Source: Candidatus Hadarchaeota archaeon
GTDB taxonomy: Archaea; CAYQAE01; CAYVLA01
Assembly: GCA_964452145.1 (NCBI GenBank)
Contig: CAYVLA010000121.1
Span: 1-10,221 of the forward strand
Length of the DNA stretch: 10,221 bases
Reading direction: 5' to 3'
Below, piece by piece: positions 7,190 through 10,221 of this stretch (its first letter is position 1; every line of letters starts with the position of its first letter). The notes under the pieces were generated by a model, which was given only the letters and a program-made list of their open reading frames with translations, searched no databases and was not told the origin of the DNA. The translations under genes were made by a program, and so were the position numbers.

Positions 7190-8179
7190 GTGATATCGCT
7201 GCGTCCTCTGGCCGCATTGGCCCTGTTCTGCCTGTTGCTTTCGGGGGCCTCGGCCGTTCAGTTCGATCCACTGGTGGTCGTTTACTGTGGGAGGATGAGC
7301 GGTTACGCCGAGGCCCTGGCCGGGATAATCTCCGAAAGCGGGACCAAGGCGATCGCGGCGCGGTCAGATTCGGTGCTGCGCGGCCTCATCGATCTACCCC
7401 AGACCAGGTGTGTCGTGATAGCTGCCTTGAATCCGGCCGACTACGATTTCCTCAGGGAGGTCGCTCCGGTGTTGGAGAGCTACTTCCAGGAGGGAGGATC
7501 GCTTGTCGGGATCGGGGCTTGCTGCAGCAATGCCCTGGATCCGCTCTCTTCCACGATCTTCCCCATACGGGGCAATGCAACGGTGAGAGGCATTGCGAGA
7601 GGGGACACCTATGGGTCCGTCTATGTTCTGGTGGACCCCGTCCCGGGGATTTCGTCGGGCCTACCGTCCAGGTTCGTCATCGTTCAATCCGATGCCACAT
7701 ACGAGTCCGGTTCCGGGGGTCCGATCGAGCCTCACACCGACCTCGGTCAACTGAGATTCGTTTACAGAGATGAAGCAACCGGCATACCGCTACTGGTCGC
7801 ACTGGAAAGGGAGGGCGGGGGGCGCAGCGTGTCGATGCCCGGTTGCTACGTTGCGACGGTTGAACGCCTGCCGTTCTACTGGGGCAAACTAGTGGACCAG
7901 GAGGAGTTCAGGGCGCTGCTTGGGAATAGCGTCCTGTGGGCCATGGAGGGTTGTTCGAGATATGATCGTCTTGCCTCCTCCGTGGAAGAGGACTTGAAGA
8001 CCGAGGCCGATAGAGCGCTCGCCATCGAGGAGGAAGGGAGGGATTCGTTGAGGAGGGCTCGGGGTCGGAGGGTCCAGCTGCTGGTCGGCCTGTGGGCCGT
8101 TGCCCTGGTTTTCCAGGGCTTCTTGTTGGTGAGGTACATAATCCCGAGGTTCAGCTCCTCGAGAGAGCCGCCCGCCTAG
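7190..8179 (+). CDS. hypothetical secreted, C-terminally anchored protein with class I glutamine amidotransferase-like (GATase1/ThuA-like) domain
   Basis: Signal peptide ending ...LLLSGASA|VQF. YFQEGGSLVGIG, GGGRSVSM and LLGNSVLWA are patterns typical of GATase1-like folds. Charged helical stalk, then TM helix LLVGLWAVALVFQGFLLV. Start is GTG 7190 (AGGTGA at 7179-7184) or GTG 7181 (GTGA overlap with the upstream stop). Confidence 0.78.
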   Translation: MISLRPLAALALFCLLLSGASAVQFDPLVVVYCGRMSGYAEALAGIISESGTKAIAARSDSVLRGLIDLPQTRCVVIAALNPADYDFLREVAPVLESYFQEGGSLVGIGACCSNALDPLSSTIFPIRGNATVRGIARGDTYGSVYVLVDPVPGISSGLPSRFVIVQSDATYESGSGGPIEPHTDLGQLRFVYRDEATGIPLLVALEREGGGRSVSMPGCYVATVERLPFYWGKLVDQEEFRALLGNSVLWAMEGCSRYDRLASSVEEDLKTEADRALAIEEEGRDSLRRARGRRVQLLVGLWAVALVFQGFLLVRYIIPRFSSSREPPA

Positions 8180-8414
8180 GCCCTCTGGGAATTCGGCACG
8201 CTCCGACATCTTCTCGAAACGTCCGTAATGAATCGCAGGGCGGTCTCGCCGTTTCCCCGGATGGTCTCTCCGGGCGCGTTGCGCATGTTCGCCTTCTTGG
8301 CATCGGCCTTGCTGAGCCGGGTTCAGGGCAAAGACCGGTTGTGTCGGTAAGATGTGAGGGCTGATGGCGGGAAGAGGAAGGCCGCGGAGTCTGCATTTCG
8401 GCCGGGGACAGGAT

Positions 8415-9473
8415 TCATCCCGGAGCCCTGCGCCCGAGCAGGAGGCATCGGAGCCTCCACAGCTGGACGTATGGGGCCAGCTTCCTGTAGGCCGGTTCGG
8501 TGAAGACGGTGCCCAGAGAGAAGCGGCGCTTGAGGTATGCAACCACCTTCTCGTGGTGGCGGTACGAGGTTTCTAGAAGCGATTCCGCGAACGCGGCCAC
8601 CTTTCGCTCCCACTGTATCGCGGAGAGGATTCGCCTCTCGTAGAGCTGGGGTTTACGCTCAAGGAGACAATCGGCGGCGATGGAGCCCGAGAGAAGCGCG
8701 ATGTGGTTTCCCCCTCCCGTGTACGGATTCGCTAGTCCCCCCGCATCCCCGCAGAACAGCACGTTCTCCACGGCGAGTCTGGATTCGATCCCCATCGGTA
8801 TGTAACCGCTCGTCCTCCCGACCACCTCGTACTCGCCAAGCTCGGATGATGCGAAAGCCTTGAGCGCTGCCCACTTCTCCGCCGGCGGGTCTTGGGCCCA
8901 TCCCGCTCCTACGTTGGCTTCCCCCTCAGATTTGGGGAAGATCCAGCGGAATGAGATCTCGCCAGGAACGGCCTTGAAGTACAGCTTCCTGAAGAATCTG
9001 CTCACGTCGCCCCTCACTGCGTACTGGATTCCGAGGGCCAGGACGCGGAATCTGGTGTGGTACTCCTTCCATGACTGGCTCGGAAAACCCGAACAGTCCA
9101 GGACGTAGTCGAAGTCCCGGCGGAGATCGGCTATCTCTGCATCTGTATCGGTGAGGACTCGTCCGCCCAAGGACTCTACCTGCGCGGCCAGCGAACGCAG
9201 CCAACGATCCTTGTCCAGAACCCAGATGTTGATGTCTCCGCTCCGGAGGACGTGGAGATCACGGAGCCTCATCAGGACCTCTTCCACCCTGACCCTGGCT
9301 CCCGGGGGATCGCGATCATAGAGGTTGTACAGATCATACAGGGCCTCAGCACACCTTACCCGGAATCCGACCTCAGGCATCTTCTCAAAGACTGTGGGGG
9401 ATTCGCCCGCTTCCGCAAGCTTCATGGCTGCGCTTAGGCCGGCCGGCCCGGCCCCGATCACCGCTATCTTCAT
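8415..9473 (-). CDS. geranylgeranyl reductase-family FAD-dependent oxidoreductase (DGGR-like)
   Basis: N-terminal IAVIGAGPAG, RCAEA (conserved Cys), WIFPK...ANVGAG and GDAGGLANPYTGGG. GAGGGGG lies upstream of the ATG. Confidence 0.9.
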   Translation of the reverse strand: MKIAVIGAGPAGLSAAMKLAEAGESPTVFEKMPEVGFRVRCAEALYDLYNLYDRDPPGARVRVEEVLMRLRDLHVLRSGDINIWVLDKDRWLRSLAAQVESLGGRVLTDTDAEIADLRRDFDYVLDCSGFPSQSWKEYHTRFRVLALGIQYAVRGDVSRFFRKLYFKAVPGEISFRWIFPKSEGEANVGAGWAQDPPAEKWAALKAFASSELGEYEVVGRTSGYIPMGIESRLAVENVLFCGDAGGLANPYTGGGNHIALLSGSIAADCLLERKPQLYERRILSAIQWERKVAAFAESLLETSYRHHEKVVAYLKRRFSLGTVFTEPAYRKLAPYVQLWRLRCLLLGRRAPG

Positions 9474-9658
9474 ATCCGCCCCCCTCGGCGATCCCCGCTG
9501 CCGGGCTACCGCTGGAGGGACTGCCTGTGCAGAGGTAGACGCTTCGATCTGATATCGTTTTCCGTCCAGTCCCGCTAGGATGGCCCTGCGTGCCCCTGAT
9601 CGGCATTCCTCGCATCTGCTCCCACCGTGACACAGTCAGGGTCAGGGTATGGTTGGCT

Positions 9659-9670
9659 AAGACTTTTCAG
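9659..9670 (+). promoter_or_regulatory. putative BRE/TATA-like element for the right-edge gene
   Basis: AAGACTTTTCAG about 32 nt upstream of TTG 9702; near-identical to 6269-6280. Confidence 0.45.
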
Positions 9671-9701
9671 ATCCAGGGGCATCACCGGATGCGAATCGGG
9701 C

Positions 9702-10221
9702 TTGAGAGACATCGATGCCGCCTTTGATCATTTCCCGATCATCATGTTCGACCGGATGGAGCCTTTCCTTCCGAACAAGGTTGGCTTCAGCGTCTTTCGA
9801 CGGCCCTCCGATTCCCGGGTTGACTACAGTAGGAAGCTTGGGGGCGCGGCGGCCATTTCCTTCGATCTTCCAAGCCTTGAGTTCGTGATAGAGTACGGCA
9901 TCTGGTGGGACTGGGACATAGAGCACCTCTACGAGCTTGAGGCCGTGTGGGTCTACATCGATAGGGACGGCGAGTACCTCCGGGTCGAGGCTAGCTCGCA
10001 CGGGGGCTTCGTCGATATGAAGGTCGGAGGCCGGATCCCTCTGAGGGATGGCCGTCCTGTCCTTTTCTCACAGCCCGGGAAGCATGCTTTCGCCGCCAGC
10101 CCCGATGCGTTCAGTCCCCAGAACTGCATGGCCCAGTGCACCCGCAATGCTGGCAGCATGGGGGTCTTGGCAAGTCCTCTATTCGAGGGCAGGATAAGGA
10201 AGACGAAGGAGCTGGACAGCC
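9702..10221 (+). CDS. partial hypothetical protein (runs off the window) with NPP1/Vps62-like motif pattern
   Basis: Not in the ORF track because there is no stop in the window. Hand translation: MRDIDAAFDHFPIIMFDRMEPFLPNKVGFSVF...IEYGIWWDWDIEHLYELEAVWVYIDRDGEYLRVEASSHGG...PVLFSQPGKHAF...KELDS. The frame is open after TAG 9576; alternative start GTG 9627. Confidence 0.8.
   Translation, partial: MRDIDAAFDHFPIIMFDRMEPFLPNKVGFSVFRRPSDSRVDYSRKLGGAAAISFDLPSLEFVIEYGIWWDWDIEHLYELEAVWVYIDRDGEYLRVEASSHGGFVDMKVGGRIPLRDGRPVLFSQPGKHAFAASPDAFSPQNCMAQCTRNAGSMGVLASPLFEGRIRKTKELDS

Noticed and set aside
84..8179. Four genes end in TAG and none in TAA, suggesting amber (pyrrolysine) readthrough
   Set aside because: The recognisable proteins are complete at the TAG, glyA readthrough hits another TAG within 13 codons, and no pyl genes are present. 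GC bias explains the stop usage.
7889..8613. Assorted ORFs crossing the 8180-8414 spacer (217, 90, 81, 96 and 70 aa)
   Set aside because: They overlap established genes, are rich in Arg/Pro/Gly/Ser as expected for non-coding frames, and show no recognisable motifs.
9657..10159. Minus-strand ORFs 9657..10001 and 9953..10159
   Set aside because: Antisense to the motif-rich + strand frame starting at 9702.
1..10221. CRISPR array, tRNA/rRNA, IS element, integrase or defence system
   Set aside because: No regularly spaced repeats, cloverleaf or rRNA signatures, terminal inverted repeats, transposase or defence-domain motifs were seen by eye.

Overview
GC-rich (roughly 60% by eye) archaeal chromosomal segment, judged archaeal from the SHMT type, a GGR-family flavoprotein, TATA-like boxes and GGAGGT/AGGTGA ribosome-binding sites. 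The minus strand carries larA-family nickel-pincer racemase, a WecC-like nucleotide-sugar dehydrogenase, an EEP-family nuclease/phosphatase, glyA and a CARDB + transglutaminase-like lipoprotein. Diverging from larA is a tightly coupled pair of uncharacterised membrane-anchored surface proteins, the second with a GATase1/ThuA-like domain. A geranylgeranyl reductase-family gene converges on that pair. An ORF absent from the supplied track runs off the right edge with NPP1/Vps62-like motifs. No rRNA, tRNA, CRISPR array or mobile element is visible, and I cannot claim a complete new system. The best leads are the surface-protein pair, the NPP1/Vps62-like gene, a possible NAD-to-NADP switch in the sugar dehydrogenase, an SHMT with altered pterin-site residues, and a ~24 bp motif shared by two promoter regions.
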